A stretch of 32,000 bases of DNA. Source: Candidatus Heimdallarchaeota archaeon (GTDB lineage Archaea > Asgardarchaeota > Heimdallarchaeia > JABLTI01). A model generated the notes under the pieces. The model searched no databases, had not been told where the DNA came from, and saw only the letters and a list, made by a program, of their open reading frames with translations. How positions within the stretch are numbered: position 1 is the first letter of the stretch; each line of letters starts with the position of its first letter. Positions 7,903 to 18,460 of the stretch are shown here, piece after piece. The DNA is taken from positions 1-32,000 of the forward strand of contig JAUWKS010000024.1 of NCBI GenBank assembly GCA_030614005.1. Reading direction: 5' to 3'. The translations under genes and the position numbers were made by a program.

Positions 7903-7920
7903 CCAAGATAGACCATAAAA
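7730..7920 (+). ncRNA. Predicted omegaRNA (sense-overlapping RNA) of the tnpB element; boundaries approximate
   Basis: Long low-complexity C-terminal tail after RuvC-III overlapping the right end, as is typical for TnpB omegaRNA. Terminal hairpin GTTAAC-aga-AACGCT-tta-AGCGTT-c-GTTAAC at 7873-7903. Confidence 0.45.
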
Positions 7921-8128
7921 CTATTCAAAGTGAAATATTTTGATTATAAACTACTTCAATAAATAATTTTCAAACTAAAGATAAACTCACCTCGTTAGCC
8001 TACGAAAATATTACAAAACAGATGGTTTACTGTTTGTTTTCTCTATTCGGATAGCAATCGGATAATAACTTATTAAAAGAGTCAATCTTGAATGAAAGAG
8101 AGTATAGTAAAATTTTGAGGAGATTTTC

Positions 8129-9043
8129 TTGGATAAAAAAAGGAAAATTGTTGAATCTGTTCCAAATTATAGCGAAGGAACTGATGGAAAAGTCGTTGAA
8201 GCAATTGTCGATGAAATACGAAAAACACCAAAAACAAACATCATCGATATACAATACGATTCTGATTACAATAGAGCAGTAATTACCTTCGTTGGTGAAC
8301 CGGAAGCAGTATTACAAGCAAATATTGCTGCATCAAAGAAAGCTCTTGAACTAATTGATATGACAAAACACAAAGGTCAACATCCACGCATTGGTGCAAC
8401 AGATGTAGTGCCATTTGTGCCTGCTCAGAATGTTTCAATGGAAGAATGTATTGAACTTTCTAAGAAATATGCAGAAGCTATGGCTACCGAAGGTGTTCCA
8501 ATTTACCTCTATGAAGAGGCTGCAACAAGACCTGAGCGTCGGGACATAGATAATATTCGTGTTGGAGATTACGAAGGATTACGCGAAACTATCAAAACAA
8601 ATCCAGATCACAAACCAGACTTTGGTCCTTCAGAATTCCATCCAAAAGGTGGTGCAACAGTAACCGGAGCAAGAATGGCTTTGGTTTGTTTAAACATCAA
8701 TTTAGGAACCACAAATGTCAAAGTTGCTAAAAGAGTAGCTCGAAGAGTGCATCTTGCTTCAGGTGGGTTAGTTAACATTAAAGCAATGGGCACAGCAATT
8801 GAAGGTAAGGATTATGTTCAAGTTGGTATTAGTAATATCAATTTTAAGAAAACGCCAATGTATAGACAGTTAGAACTTGTTCGGATTGAAGCTGCAAGAT
8901 ATGGTGTATCAGTTATCGGAACTGAACTTGTTGGACCAATTCCTTTAGAATCAGTGCTAAATTCTCTCGAGTATTATCTTCAAATAAACAATCCCAAGCA
9001 CTTGAAAGAAGAACACTTAATCGAACACTATTTCGATTTTTAA
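8129..9043 (+). CDS. ftcD: Glutamate formiminotransferase (FTCD N-terminal domain only)
   Basis: IVESVPNYSEG, DSDYNRAVITFVG, IDMTKHKGQHPRIGATDVVPFVP, PDFGP, GATVTGAR. TTG start with gaggag RBS. Confidence 0.93.
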   Translation: MDKKRKIVESVPNYSEGTDGKVVEAIVDEIRKTPKTNIIDIQYDSDYNRAVITFVGEPEAVLQANIAASKKALELIDMTKHKGQHPRIGATDVVPFVPAQNVSMEECIELSKKYAEAMATEGVPIYLYEEAATRPERRDIDNIRVGDYEGLRETIKTNPDHKPDFGPSEFHPKGGATVTGARMALVCLNINLGTTNVKVAKRVARRVHLASGGLVNIKAMGTAIEGKDYVQVGISNINFKKTPMYRQLELVRIEAARYGVSVIGTELVGPIPLESVLNSLEYYLQINNPKHLKEEHLIEHYFDF

Positions 9044-9058
9044 GTCAAATAATAGATT

Positions 9059-9077
9059 TTGCGAGTAAAACTCGCAA
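9059..9077. terminator. Hairpin between convergent ftcD and hutI
   Basis: TTGCGAGT-aaa-ACTCGCAA, flanked by T-rich runs, in a 45-nt convergent gap. Confidence 0.55.
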
Positions 9078-9088
9078 TTTAATCTTTT

Positions 9089-10378
9089 TTAATTTTCAAT
9101 AACTATTAGACCATTTTTGATAACTTTGGAGACAAGGTTTACTCCAAACTGGTATGATAAGAAATAATGATTTGCAACATCAAAAATTACTATATCAGCT
9201 TTTTTACCAACTTCCAAACTACCAACAGTACTTTCTCTTTGAATTGCACATGCAGCATTAATTGTTGCTGCTGTTAAGGCTTCAGCGGGAGACATTTTCA
9301 TGTTATAACAAGAAAGAACAATTACCATTAACATAGATTCTGTCCAACAATTTGGATTAAGATCTGTAGCAATAGCAACTGGTATACCATATTCAATCAT
9401 CTTCCTTGCAGGCGCGTAATCTTTCATCATTAAACAAAAGGGAGTGCCTGGTAACAAAGTAGCAATAACCTTTTCTTTAGCCATTGCTTTCAAACCTTCA
9501 TCATTTGACTGGAGTAAGTGCCCTGTTTGAACTGCCTGTAATTCTGCAGCAAGAGCAGCACCATTTGTATCAACAATTTCATCAATATGAATAACAGATT
9601 TTATGCTGCGTTTTTTTGCAGCAAGTAATATTTTTCGAGTTTGCTCTATTGAAAAAATACCCTTTTCACAAAAGACATCGCAAAATTCAGCAAGGCTTTG
9701 TTCTTCTATTATTGGAAGCATTTCATTGATGATCAAATCAACATATTCATCTGTTCTTCCTTTATATTCAGGAGGTATAGCATGAGCTCCGAGAAAAGTA
9801 GCAACTAAATCTATTGGATGCTGTTTGTCCAGTTCCTTGATTGCTTTGAGTGATTTTATTTCAGCTTCTACAGATAAACCATAACCAGATTTTGCCTCTA
9901 CTGTAGTGGTGCCGTATTGAAGCATTTTATCTAGTATATTTGCTCCATTTTTTACTAAATCTTCTATTGAAGCTTTTCTAGTTTCTCTGACAGTTTTCAG
10001 AATTCCTCCACCTGATTCAAGAATTTCTAAATAGGTTTTACCAGCGAGTTTCATAGATAGTTCATTTTCCCGAGAACCAGAAAAAATAAGGTGAACGTGT
10101 GGATCCACAAATCCAGGGGTAACCAATTTACCAGTAGCATCTACAACTGCTGTTTGATTACCAATTTTCATTTTCTTTAGAAACTCATCTGAAGTGCCAA
10201 CGAAAATTATCTTATCGTTTTTTATAGCAATTGCTCCATCTTTAATAATAGCTAATTCACTCATTGCCTTACCAACACGTGGTGCACCAATCTTTGAGTC
10301 CATGGTGACCAATTCATTTGCATGTAAAATTACTAAATCAGGAATTTCTTTACTAAAATCACTCTTATTGGAGGACAC
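9089..10378 (-). CDS. hutI: Imidazolonepropionase
   Basis: TPGFVDPHVHL, GGGILKTVRETR, GTTTVEAKSGYGL, TFLGAHAIP, FCDVFCE, ATDLNP. Confidence 0.95.
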   Translation of the reverse strand: MSSNKSDFSKEIPDLVILHANELVTMDSKIGAPRVGKAMSELAIIKDGAIAIKNDKIIFVGTSDEFLKKMKIGNQTAVVDATGKLVTPGFVDPHVHLIFSGSRENELSMKLAGKTYLEILESGGGILKTVRETRKASIEDLVKNGANILDKMLQYGTTTVEAKSGYGLSVEAEIKSLKAIKELDKQHPIDLVATFLGAHAIPPEYKGRTDEYVDLIINEMLPIIEEQSLAEFCDVFCEKGIFSIEQTRKILLAAKKRSIKSVIHIDEIVDTNGAALAAELQAVQTGHLLQSNDEGLKAMAKEKVIATLLPGTPFCLMMKDYAPARKMIEYGIPVAIATDLNPNCWTESMLMVIVLSCYNMKMSPAEALTAATINAACAIQRESTVGSLEVGKKADIVIFDVANHYFLSYQFGVNLVSKVIKNGLIVIEN

Positions 10379-10539
10379 TTTCTTACACTCCTATTTACTG
10401 AACAAATCCTTCAAGGGATAGACCTTTTAATAAATTTCCTTTAATAGATAGAAAAAATATAACAAATATTTAAAAAATCTAAAATAGGCATAAGATATCA
10501 TATAGAAGTTCGTTTAGTAACGAATGAAATCAACAGGAA

Positions 10540-12369
10540 TTGTTTAGTTTGACGGATCTAAAGAAGGAAATCGAAGTTTATGATCGACCTATGTATATGG
10601 ATTTGAAACCTGAAAAATCACTTGAAGCTGATGAAAGTGATAAAATTCTTCATTGTAAAACTTGGGATACAGAAGCGGCACTCCGAATGCTTTACAATAA
10701 TCTTAATCCAAAAGTTGCGCGTAACTGGGAAGAACTAATTGTTTATGGTGGCTCAGGTAGAGCAGCTCGTAATTGGAAAGAGTTTCACAAAATCGTTAGA
10801 GCACTAAAGGAACTCGAACCCGACGAGACACTTTGTATTCAATCCGGAAAAGCAGTTTATATTGCTCCAACGCATACAGAAGCACCTCGAGTGATTATTG
10901 CTAATTCAAATTTGGTTGGCAATTGGGCTACTCAAGGTTATTTCGATGATTTAGATCGTCTTGGATTAATGATGTATGGACAAATGACTGCTGGCAGTTG
11001 GATATACATTGGTACTCAAGGAATTCTTCAAGGAACCTATGAGAGTTTTGCTGCTTCTGCAAAGATTGATTTCAATGCAGATTCTTTGGCTGGAAAACTC
11101 ATCCTAACGGGAGGTATGGGAGCAATGTCGGGTGCGCAACCAATGGCAGCAACGTTGAATGATGCAGTTATTCTCGATGTTGAAGTTAAAGAATCAGAAA
11201 TCGCTCGTAAAGTAGAAGAAGATTACTGTGATAGATTAACCACTAGTCTTGATGAAGCTATTGAATGGGCAATGGAAGCAAAGAAGAAGAAAGAACCTCT
11301 CTCGATTGGTTTAGTTGGCAACGCAGCTGAAACTCATCCAGAATTAGTAAAAAGGGGAATTATTCCTGACATAGTTACAGATCAAACTAGTGCACATGAA
11401 GTAAAGAAATATGTTCCTGTTGGTTATGACAAGAATTATGTAGAATTGCTTGAAAGTGGTGTGAAAATACGAGAAGGAGAATATGTACGTGAATCCTTCA
11501 AAGCAATGGCTTCACATGTAAAAGCAATGATCGATATGCAAGCAAAAGGGGCTATTGTTTTCGATTATGGAAATGCTATAAGAAATCAAGTAGAACTTGC
11601 ACTTAATATTGTTAATAATAGAGCTCCACCAGAAAATAACATGACGGGAGAAGATGTAGCAGATCTAAAACAACACCTTAAGAAAATAGGCATACAATCT
11701 GTTCGAAATGAGCAAGGTGGATATGTTTTTCCAGGATTTGTTCTGAAATACGTTCGACCACTATTCTGTGAAGGAAAAGGACCGTTTAGATGGGCTTGTC
11801 TTTCTGGTAGTGCTAAAGATTTAGCTGCTATCGACGATGCATTACTCTCCACATTCCCTGATGATAAACCACTCACACGATGGATTGATCGTGTAAGAGA
11901 AAAAGTGCCCATATTAGGATTGCCTACAAGAATTTGCTGGTTAGGGTATGGTGAACGGGCGAAATTTGGTTTAATTATTAATGACTTAATCAAAGATGGA
12001 ACAGTAACTGCACCTGTTGTTATTGGCAGAGATCATCTTGATTGTGGTTCTGTTGCTTCCCCAAGCAGAGAAACTGAAGGTATGAAAGATGGTAGTGATG
12101 CTATTGCTGATTGGCCATTGCTTAATTTCGCACTCAATGGTATAAATGGAGCTAGTTGGGTTTCATTCCATCATGGTGGTGGAGTCGGTATCGGTAATTC
12201 CTTACATGCAGGAATGGTTATCGTTGCAGATGGCTCTCCGGAAAGAGAAAAAAGATTACAAAGAGTTCTCACTATTGATCCTGGAATAGGCATTGCTAGA
12301 CATGCAGATGCAGGCTATGATAAAGCAATTAGAATAGCTGAAGAACGAAAAATCAAAATACCAAAATAA
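10540..12369 (+). CDS. hutU: Urocanate hydratase
   Basis: [72 protein letters not shown]. Confidence 0.97.
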   Translation: MFSLTDLKKEIEVYDRPMYMDLKPEKSLEADESDKILHCKTWDTEAALRMLYNNLNPKVARNWEELIVYGGSGRAARNWKEFHKIVRALKELEPDETLCIQSGKAVYIAPTHTEAPRVIIANSNLVGNWATQGYFDDLDRLGLMMYGQMTAGSWIYIGTQGILQGTYESFAASAKIDFNADSLAGKLILTGGMGAMSGAQPMAATLNDAVILDVEVKESEIARKVEEDYCDRLTTSLDEAIEWAMEAKKKKEPLSIGLVGNAAETHPELVKRGIIPDIVTDQTSAHEVKKYVPVGYDKNYVELLESGVKIREGEYVRESFKAMASHVKAMIDMQAKGAIVFDYGNAIRNQVELALNIVNNRAPPENNMTGEDVADLKQHLKKIGIQSVRNEQGGYVFPGFVLKYVRPLFCEGKGPFRWACLSGSAKDLAAIDDALLSTFPDDKPLTRWIDRVREKVPILGLPTRICWLGYGERAKFGLIINDLIKDGTVTAPVVIGRDHLDCGSVASPSRETEGMKDGSDAIADWPLLNFALNGINGASWVSFHHGGGVGIGNSLHAGMVIVADGSPEREKRLQRVLTIDPGIGIARHADAGYDKAIRIAEERKIKIPK

Positions 12370-12387
12370 TGTGTTAGGTGCTACAAA

Positions 12388-13179
12388 ATGAGTTTAGATA
12401 GTTCAGCATTTGATATTGACTGTGATGCTATTTCAGCGAAAGTAGAGCATTTTATCAAAGAATATGTTGAGAATTCCAAAACGAAAGGTGTCGTTGTAGG
12501 TATTAGTGGTGGAATTGATTCAGCAGTTTCTGTAGCTCTCGCAGTTCGAGCATTAGGGAAAGAAAAAGTACTCGGTCTTATTCTTCCAAATGCTGCACTT
12601 AACCAAAAATACGAGAAAGATGCTCGTGAACTAGCTGAGCAATTAGGTATTGAAGTAAGGAAAATATCAATTGCAGGTATGGTTGATGCTTTCAAAGCAA
12701 GTGTAGACAAAGAATTTTTGGAAAACCGACTTGTTGTTGGCAATGCAATGGCGCGAAGTAGAATGGTTCTTTTGTATGCCCATGCAAATTATCTAAACTA
12801 CCTCGTTCTCGGTACTAGTAATAAAACAGAAATCTTAGTTGGTTATGTTACCAAATATGGAGATGGTGGAGCAGACTTTGAACCCTGTGGGGGATTATAC
12901 AAAACCCACATCTGTACACTTGCAAAGTACTTGGATATTCCAAAAGACATCATTACTAAACCTCCTTCTGCAGGACTTTGGGATGGACAAACGGATGAAG
13001 GAGAATTAGGTATTACTTATAAGCTTCTGGACAAAGTGCTTCTAGGTTTTGAGAAAGATTATTCCCATGAAAAAATTGCCAAAGAACTTGAAATAGATAT
13101 TGCCATAATTAAGAAAGTTGAACATATGGTCAAGAAGTCAGAACATAAAAGAAATATGCCCCCAATTTTGGAGTTTTGA
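12388..13179 (+). CDS. nadE: NH3-dependent NAD+ synthetase
   Basis: VVGISGGIDSAV, GNAMARSRM, GTSNKTE, GYVTKYGDGG, KPPSAGLWDGQTDEGELG. Confidence 0.95.
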   Translation: MSLDSSAFDIDCDAISAKVEHFIKEYVENSKTKGVVVGISGGIDSAVSVALAVRALGKEKVLGLILPNAALNQKYEKDARELAEQLGIEVRKISIAGMVDAFKASVDKEFLENRLVVGNAMARSRMVLLYAHANYLNYLVLGTSNKTEILVGYVTKYGDGGADFEPCGGLYKTHICTLAKYLDIPKDIITKPPSAGLWDGQTDEGELGITYKLLDKVLLGFEKDYSHEKIAKELEIDIAIIKKVEHMVKKSEHKRNMPPILEF

Positions 13180-13259
13180 TGAGTAATTTCATTTGAAGAG
13201 ACTAGTAGTTTATATCTCTATTTGGCAAGATATTTTTATGGGGGAATGGTTATTTCCCA

Positions 13260-14000
13260 ATGCAGAAAAATGGATGGTTAACTTTGATGAGTGGTTTACT
13301 GAACTTCCCAGATTTTGAAGAGTTAATTTTTGGAGAAAAAATTGATTCCAAAATAACGAAAAGTAAATTAGTACATATTTATGGCAAAGCGGGTTCGGGA
13401 AAAACTACAGTAGCGATTCAATTAGCCATTGGTTACTGTTTAAAAAATAAAAAAGTCATTTATATTGATACAGAAGGGAAGGTTTCTGGTGAAAAAATTA
13501 GTAACATTGCCTCAGAAGAAAATTTTGAAAAAGTGAATAAAAATATTAGAATCTATTTTCCAAATGATTTTGATACTCAACATGATTTAATTCAAAAATT
13601 GGAATTCTATATATCTAATCAGAATATCGGTGCAATTATTATTGATACAATAACCAACCTCTATCGACAAGCAATGCTTTTTAAAAAAGATACCAATATA
13701 TTGTATGAAAAATTAGCATTCGAAGTGGCATTTTTGAGGAAACTATCTCGAGATAAGAACATCTCAATTATATTAGTTAATCAGGCTACAATGCCTAAAG
13801 CAATTAAAAATGAGGATGACTCTTTAAGCTATAAGTATGAGCGAATTAATCCCGTAGCAAAAGCCATAATGAGTTATTGGGCAGATAGAGAAATCATTTT
13901 AGTTAGTCACGGTTGGGGGAACTTTGAGGCAAGAATTCCAGGTGAATTTGAGCGAAGAGTTAAATTTAGTATTGACTCCAATGGTATAGCACCTCGGTAG
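13260..14000 (+). CDS. RadB/RecA-family recombination paralog
   Basis: Walker A GKAGSGKT, YIDTEG, Walker B IIIDTI, VNQ motif. The RadB KHR motif is not evident. Confidence 0.75.
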   Translation: MQKNGWLTLMSGLLNFPDFEELIFGEKIDSKITKSKLVHIYGKAGSGKTTVAIQLAIGYCLKNKKVIYIDTEGKVSGEKISNIASEENFEKVNKNIRIYFPNDFDTQHDLIQKLEFYISNQNIGAIIIDTITNLYRQAMLFKKDTNILYEKLAFEVAFLRKLSRDKNISIILVNQATMPKAIKNEDDSLSYKYERINPVAKAIMSYWADREIILVSHGWGNFEARIPGEFERRVKFSIDSNGIAPR

Positions 14001-14015
14001 AAACAAGTCTTTCAA

Positions 14016-15047
14016 GTGAAGAAAATGACTCAAGAAGAACAAGCAAACTCTGAAAATAAGAGTGATGAAGAACAAAATTTTGATGAGCATCCAGAAGTAA
14101 TTGAATTGCAAAAAAACCTTACTGGGATGAGTAAGGATCTAATGAAAAAAAACACTGATGGCATTAGAGCAGATATTTCTCAAATATCATCAAAAATAGA
14201 TCAATTGAAAAAAGCAAGAGCTGAACATAATGCTGATGCTAGACATCATCGAAATATGCGGAACAATGTTTCAGATGAAAAATTCGCTATTATAGAAAAA
14301 TTGAGAGAAGAAGCTACTAATGAGAAAGAACTCAGAGAGAAGTGCAATGAACAAATTCGAAATAATAAAGCAAGACGTGAAGAAGTCAAAGAAGAAATTA
14401 GAGCTGCTTGGACTAAAGTAAAGGAGTTACGAGAACGATACTATAAAATGAAGGATGAAGTTGGAGTGATGCCAGAGCAACTAACAGATGAAATTAGAGA
14501 TTTGGAATGGCAGCAACAAACAACACAATTAACTCCAGATGAAGATGCAGCTATGACGAAAAGGATAATAGAATTGTATGAAAAAGCTTATTCTGCACAT
14601 ATTATTGGATATTCTTCAGATGAAACAGAAAAAGCAGTCGAGTTCGCAAAAGCATTGTCAGAAGAACATGATACCGCACATCAAAATGTTCTCGAGTATG
14701 CAGAGAAAGGACAAGTTCACCATGAACGAATGACTAAACTTTACGAGAAAATAGACGAGTCCAGAGCAGGTGGAAGTGGTTTACATGAGAAATATATGGA
14801 TTCGCGTCAAGCAGCAGATATAGCTCATAAAAAAATAGTTGAATTGTATGAGAAAATCAAATTAAATCAACATTTACTAGATTTAATTGATGATGAACAA
14901 ATTAGAAGAAGACATGAGAAATCACAACAAATTAGAAAAGAGCGAATTCAGGAAACGAAAGAAAAACAATCTTCCAATAAACGGATGACTCTTGAGGAAT
15001 TAAGACTTTTAATGGGTGATGATGAAGAAGAAGATGAAGAAAAATAA
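14016..15047 (+). CDS. Archaeal coiled-coil protein (COG1340-like)
   Basis: Heptad-rich K/E/R helical protein with LEWQQQTTQLTPDEDAAMTKRI and C-terminal RMTLEELRLL, a pattern typical of this family. Alternative ATG at 14025. Confidence 0.65.
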   Translation: MKKMTQEEQANSENKSDEEQNFDEHPEVIELQKNLTGMSKDLMKKNTDGIRADISQISSKIDQLKKARAEHNADARHHRNMRNNVSDEKFAIIEKLREEATNEKELREKCNEQIRNNKARREEVKEEIRAAWTKVKELRERYYKMKDEVGVMPEQLTDEIRDLEWQQQTTQLTPDEDAAMTKRIIELYEKAYSAHIIGYSSDETEKAVEFAKALSEEHDTAHQNVLEYAEKGQVHHERMTKLYEKIDESRAGGSGLHEKYMDSRQAADIAHKKIVELYEKIKLNQHLLDLIDDEQIRRRHEKSQQIRKERIQETKEKQSSNKRMTLEELRLLMGDDEEEDEEK

Positions 15048-15143
15048 AGAAGAGATAGTTAAAGATTAAATGGTAATATAATCGTAAAATTATTGAATGG
15101 TTAATTTTGAAATGCAAATGGAAGATTGTCGAAGGTAAGAATA

Positions 15144-17018
15144 ATGACTAGAATTGCTATTGTTGAGCGGGCTAAATGTAATAAAAAGAAATGTGCTCTC
15201 GAGTGTATCAATTTTTGCCCAGTAAACCGCACATCAGAAGACGAAGATTGTATTAGTCTTGATGAGACTACTGGGAAGGCAAAAATAATCGAGCTATTAT
15301 GTACTGGATGCGGTATTTGTATTAGAAAATGCCCTCGAACAGCTATTCAAATTATTAATCTTCCAGATGAACTTGAAACAGATTTAGTCCATAGATATGG
15401 TCGCAATGGTTTCAAACTATACCGATTACCTAAACCAAAACCAAACACAGTATTAGGATTAATAGGACAAAATGGTGCAGGAAAGTCAACTTCATTAAAT
15501 ATTCTTTCTGGACAATTAAAGCCAAATCTAGGGAGATGGGATGACCCTCCCGAATGGGAGGAAATAATTGAAACATTTAGAGGTTCTGAATTGCAGAATT
15601 ATTTTCAAGCTCTACAAAATAATGATTTGAAAGCAGCTATCAAACCTCAAGAAATTAGTGGATTACCCAAACATACCAAAGGTGTAGTTAAAGATCTAAT
15701 TACCAAAGTTGATGAAACTGGGGCAGTTGATGAAGTTAAGGCTTTACTAAACCTTGAAACGTTTTGGGAAAGAGATCTTTCGGTGCTTAGTGGTGGGGAA
15801 TTACAAAGAGTTGCTATTGCTGCAACCATTGTAAAAGATGCAGATGTCTATCTCTTTGATGAGCCTTCAAGTTTTCTTGATGTAAAAGAAAGAATGAACG
15901 CAGCTAAAGCAATCAGAACACTCATTTCTGATAAGAGAAGAATTGTAAATGTTGAACACGATCTTGCTGTTTGCGACGCTATTAGTGATCAAATTAGTAT
16001 GTATTATGGTTCCCCTGGAGCGTATGGTATAGTTACCAATCCAAGAGGAGTACGGGATGGTATCAATATTTTTCTGGATGGTTTTATTCCTGATGAAAAC
16101 ATGCGTTTTAGAGATTATTCAATTATATATAGTCGAGTACCTGCCCCAACAGATAGTGAAGGTAGTCATAAAATAGCACTCGATTACGGTAAATTCACTA
16201 AGGATTTCAACGGTTTCAAATTTGCAGCCAAGTCAGGTACTATTCATCAATCTGAAACAATAGGTATTATTGGTCCTAATGGTATTGGTAAAACTACTTT
16301 TGCTAAGATCCTTGCAGGGGATGAAACACCTACTACTGGTAAAGTGAGACTTGATGTTGATCTTCCAGAGATTTCTAAAGAGGAAAACGAAGAAGACGAC
16401 AAAATAAAAGAAAAGCAAGGAGTAAAAATCGCTCATAAACCTCAATACATAAACTTAGAGTTTGAGGGAACAGTTGAAGAATTCTTCCGCACAATTAGTG
16501 ACACATTATTAGCTGATCCTTGGACAAGAGCTGAAATAATTAGACCACTCAAAATTGAAAGTTTATTAACTAGAAATATCTCGGGCTTAAGTGGTGGTGA
16601 ATTACAAAAAATAGCTATTGCCGGAACACTTGCACAATCATGTGATATGTATTTGATTGACGAACCTAGTGCTTATCTGGATTCAGAAACAAGATTGATT
16701 GTTGGTAAAGTGATTCAAAAAATAGTTCGATCCAGTGGTAGAGCAGCATTCGTTATTGATCACGATCTTATGTTCATCGATTATCTTAGTGATAGTTTAA
16801 TGGTTTTTGAAGGAGAATCTGGAGTAAGTGGTAAAGTTAAGTCACCAACTACTTTGCGAAGAGGTATGAATAAATTCCTCAAAGCAGTAGATGTTACTTT
16901 CCGAAGAGATAAAGTCAGTGGACGACCTCGAGTTAATAAGAAGAATTCGAGATTAGATCGAACACAAAGAGATGTTGGCGAATTCTATTATGTCCCTACT
17001 TCATTAGAAAAAGAGTAA
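15144..17018 (+). CDS. rli: Ribosome recycling ATPase ABCE1/RLI
   Basis: N-terminal Fe-S domain (CNKKKCALECINFCP...CTGCGICIRKCP), two ABC domains (GQNGAGKS, LSGGELQ; GPNGIGKT, LSGGELQ), GRPRVNK tail. ATG at 15144 preferred over TTG at 15126. Confidence 0.97.
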   Translation: MTRIAIVERAKCNKKKCALECINFCPVNRTSEDEDCISLDETTGKAKIIELLCTGCGICIRKCPRTAIQIINLPDELETDLVHRYGRNGFKLYRLPKPKPNTVLGLIGQNGAGKSTSLNILSGQLKPNLGRWDDPPEWEEIIETFRGSELQNYFQALQNNDLKAAIKPQEISGLPKHTKGVVKDLITKVDETGAVDEVKALLNLETFWERDLSVLSGGELQRVAIAATIVKDADVYLFDEPSSFLDVKERMNAAKAIRTLISDKRRIVNVEHDLAVCDAISDQISMYYGSPGAYGIVTNPRGVRDGINIFLDGFIPDENMRFRDYSIIYSRVPAPTDSEGSHKIALDYGKFTKDFNGFKFAAKSGTIHQSETIGIIGPNGIGKTTFAKILAGDETPTTGKVRLDVDLPEISKEENEEDDKIKEKQGVKIAHKPQYINLEFEGTVEEFFRTISDTLLADPWTRAEIIRPLKIESLLTRNISGLSGGELQKIAIAGTLAQSCDMYLIDEPSAYLDSETRLIVGKVIQKIVRSSGRAAFVIDHDLMFIDYLSDSLMVFEGESGVSGKVKSPTTLRRGMNKFLKAVDVTFRRDKVSGRPRVNKKNSRLDRTQRDVGEFYYVPTSLEKE

Positions 17019-17038
17019 GAAAAAGTGAAGAATTACAG

Positions 17039-18460
17039 TTACATGAAATTAACTGTTTCTTCATCACTGGGATCTTGACCATAAATGCGTTCATGAGCCC
17101 ATGAAAATGGTCTTACTTTTTTATCCATTTCTTCAAGCAACCAATCCATGATCTTTTCACCAACATTTTCACCATAGATCTTCTTGGCATTTCTCATAGT
17201 CTTGATTGTTTCAGTATCTTCTTTGATGAATTCAACGATATTTTTGATATTTTCGGGAGTGGATGGTGGAACAAGGACATTGGATTGGGCATCAAAAATC
17301 GATTCCGGTCTATCGGTGTTAAAGCGCAGTGTTAAGCATAACACTTTTTGAATCTCGTTTAGTTCTTCCTGGATACTACCTGAATCAGTAAGCTCTGCAA
17401 AGCATTTGCCGCTCTTCCAAAATTCGATCACTTGACCATACTCTCTCCATAGTGGAGTGAAAATAAAATTATCGTATTTATCGTGAGCTTGTAAAACTTT
17501 CTTTCGTAAATTGAATTCTTCAAGAGCCCGCTTAGTAGCATTTAGTTCACACCAAGTTATTGGTACACCATCTTTAACAAGGTCTAATACACCACTAACA
17601 ATAGCTTTGAATCGTTTTGCAGTAAGATTACCACGACGATGAACGTCTACTCGTATCCAGTCATCATATTTCTCAAGATCCGGAAAGTCATCAAAAGCAG
17701 AGGTTTCTGGTTTGGGGACGAGATTTATGGCATCAACAACAGTATTTCCAACGACTCTAATTGATTTCTCAGGATATCCCTCTCTTAACAAATGCCCTCT
17801 TGCTGTCTCACAAGAAGCAAAGAGATATGATGCACCAGCTCCTGCAATAAAAGTATCCCATTGTTCCGGCCAAGGTTCAGCTCGATTCAATTCCCATTCA
17901 CCATACCATTGCTTTTGAATAAAATCTTGAACATCGGGAATTGTTTCTTTGAGCTGATTGATCTCATGGAAAGATTTTGGATGCATACCCCTAATTCCCG
18001 CTTCATTCTGGCCAACACCAGAGCGAGTAGACAGAAACCAAGCAGCAGAAACGATAGCTGCTGTCAGCGTATCACCATGAGGTATTGGTAAAACAACTCT
18101 CTTAGGATATTCCCTTTGTAACCATTTACCAATGTGACCTATTTTATAGAAAATTTCAACTGACTTTTGCAGTAAATCCCCTTTTATCTGTAAATCAATT
18201 AGCGGATTCATCTGAAATTCTTGTATTCCATGACCCAATAAATTATCGTAATGTTGACCTGTTGTTGTACATATCACAGGTATATTTTTCTTATTTGCCC
18301 AATAAAGAAGTGGGGCTTGCTTGTAGAAATCAGGTTTTGTCCCAATTGCAACCATTAAAATCCATTTACTTGTATCTGAACCTTCTATTACTTTTCTAAT
18401 TTCTTTTTCATTTACTTTTGGTGGGCTAAAATCTGGTTTTGGTTGCTCAAATGAAGTCAT
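17039..18460 (-). CDS. wecB: UDP-N-acetylglucosamine 2-epimerase (non-hydrolysing)
   Basis: GTKPDFYK, TGQHYD, HGDTLTA, NEAGIR, VGNTVVDA, TDSGSIQEE, TDRPES. Confidence 0.88.
   Translation of the reverse strand: MTSFEQPKPDFSPPKVNEKEIRKVIEGSDTSKWILMVAIGTKPDFYKQAPLLYWANKKNIPVICTTTGQHYDNLLGHGIQEFQMNPLIDLQIKGDLLQKSVEIFYKIGHIGKWLQREYPKRVVLPIPHGDTLTAAIVSAAWFLSTRSGVGQNEAGIRGMHPKSFHEINQLKETIPDVQDFIQKQWYGEWELNRAEPWPEQWDTFIAGAGASYLFASCETARGHLLREGYPEKSIRVVGNTVVDAINLVPKPETSAFDDFPDLEKYDDWIRVDVHRRGNLTAKRFKAIVSGVLDLVKDGVPITWCELNATKRALEEFNLRKKVLQAHDKYDNFIFTPLWREYGQVIEFWKSGKCFAELTDSGSIQEELNEIQKVLCLTLRFNTDRPESIFDAQSNVLVPPSTPENIKNIVEFIKEDTETIKTMRNAKKIYGENVGEKIMDWLLEEMDKKVRPFSWAHERIYGQDPSDEETVNFM

Larger units (their letters stand above)
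6345..7903 (+). mobile_element. IS200/IS605-family element, tnpB-only (IS1341-like); ends approximate
   Basis: tnpB ORF flanked by a perfect left-end palindrome (6353-6381) and a right-end hairpin (7873-7903). No tnpA. Confidence 0.75.

Noticed and set aside
10410-10435. Possible TnpB guide target (caagggatagacc versus caagatagacc)
   Set aside because: It requires a gap in the seed region and is too short to exceed chance in AT-rich DNA.
13260-15047. RadB-like ORF in frame with the coiled-coil ORF across TAG 13998-14000
   Set aside because: Both parts look like complete stand-alone proteins of normal size, and the second has its own GTG/ATG. An in-frame arrangement has a 1-in-3 chance.
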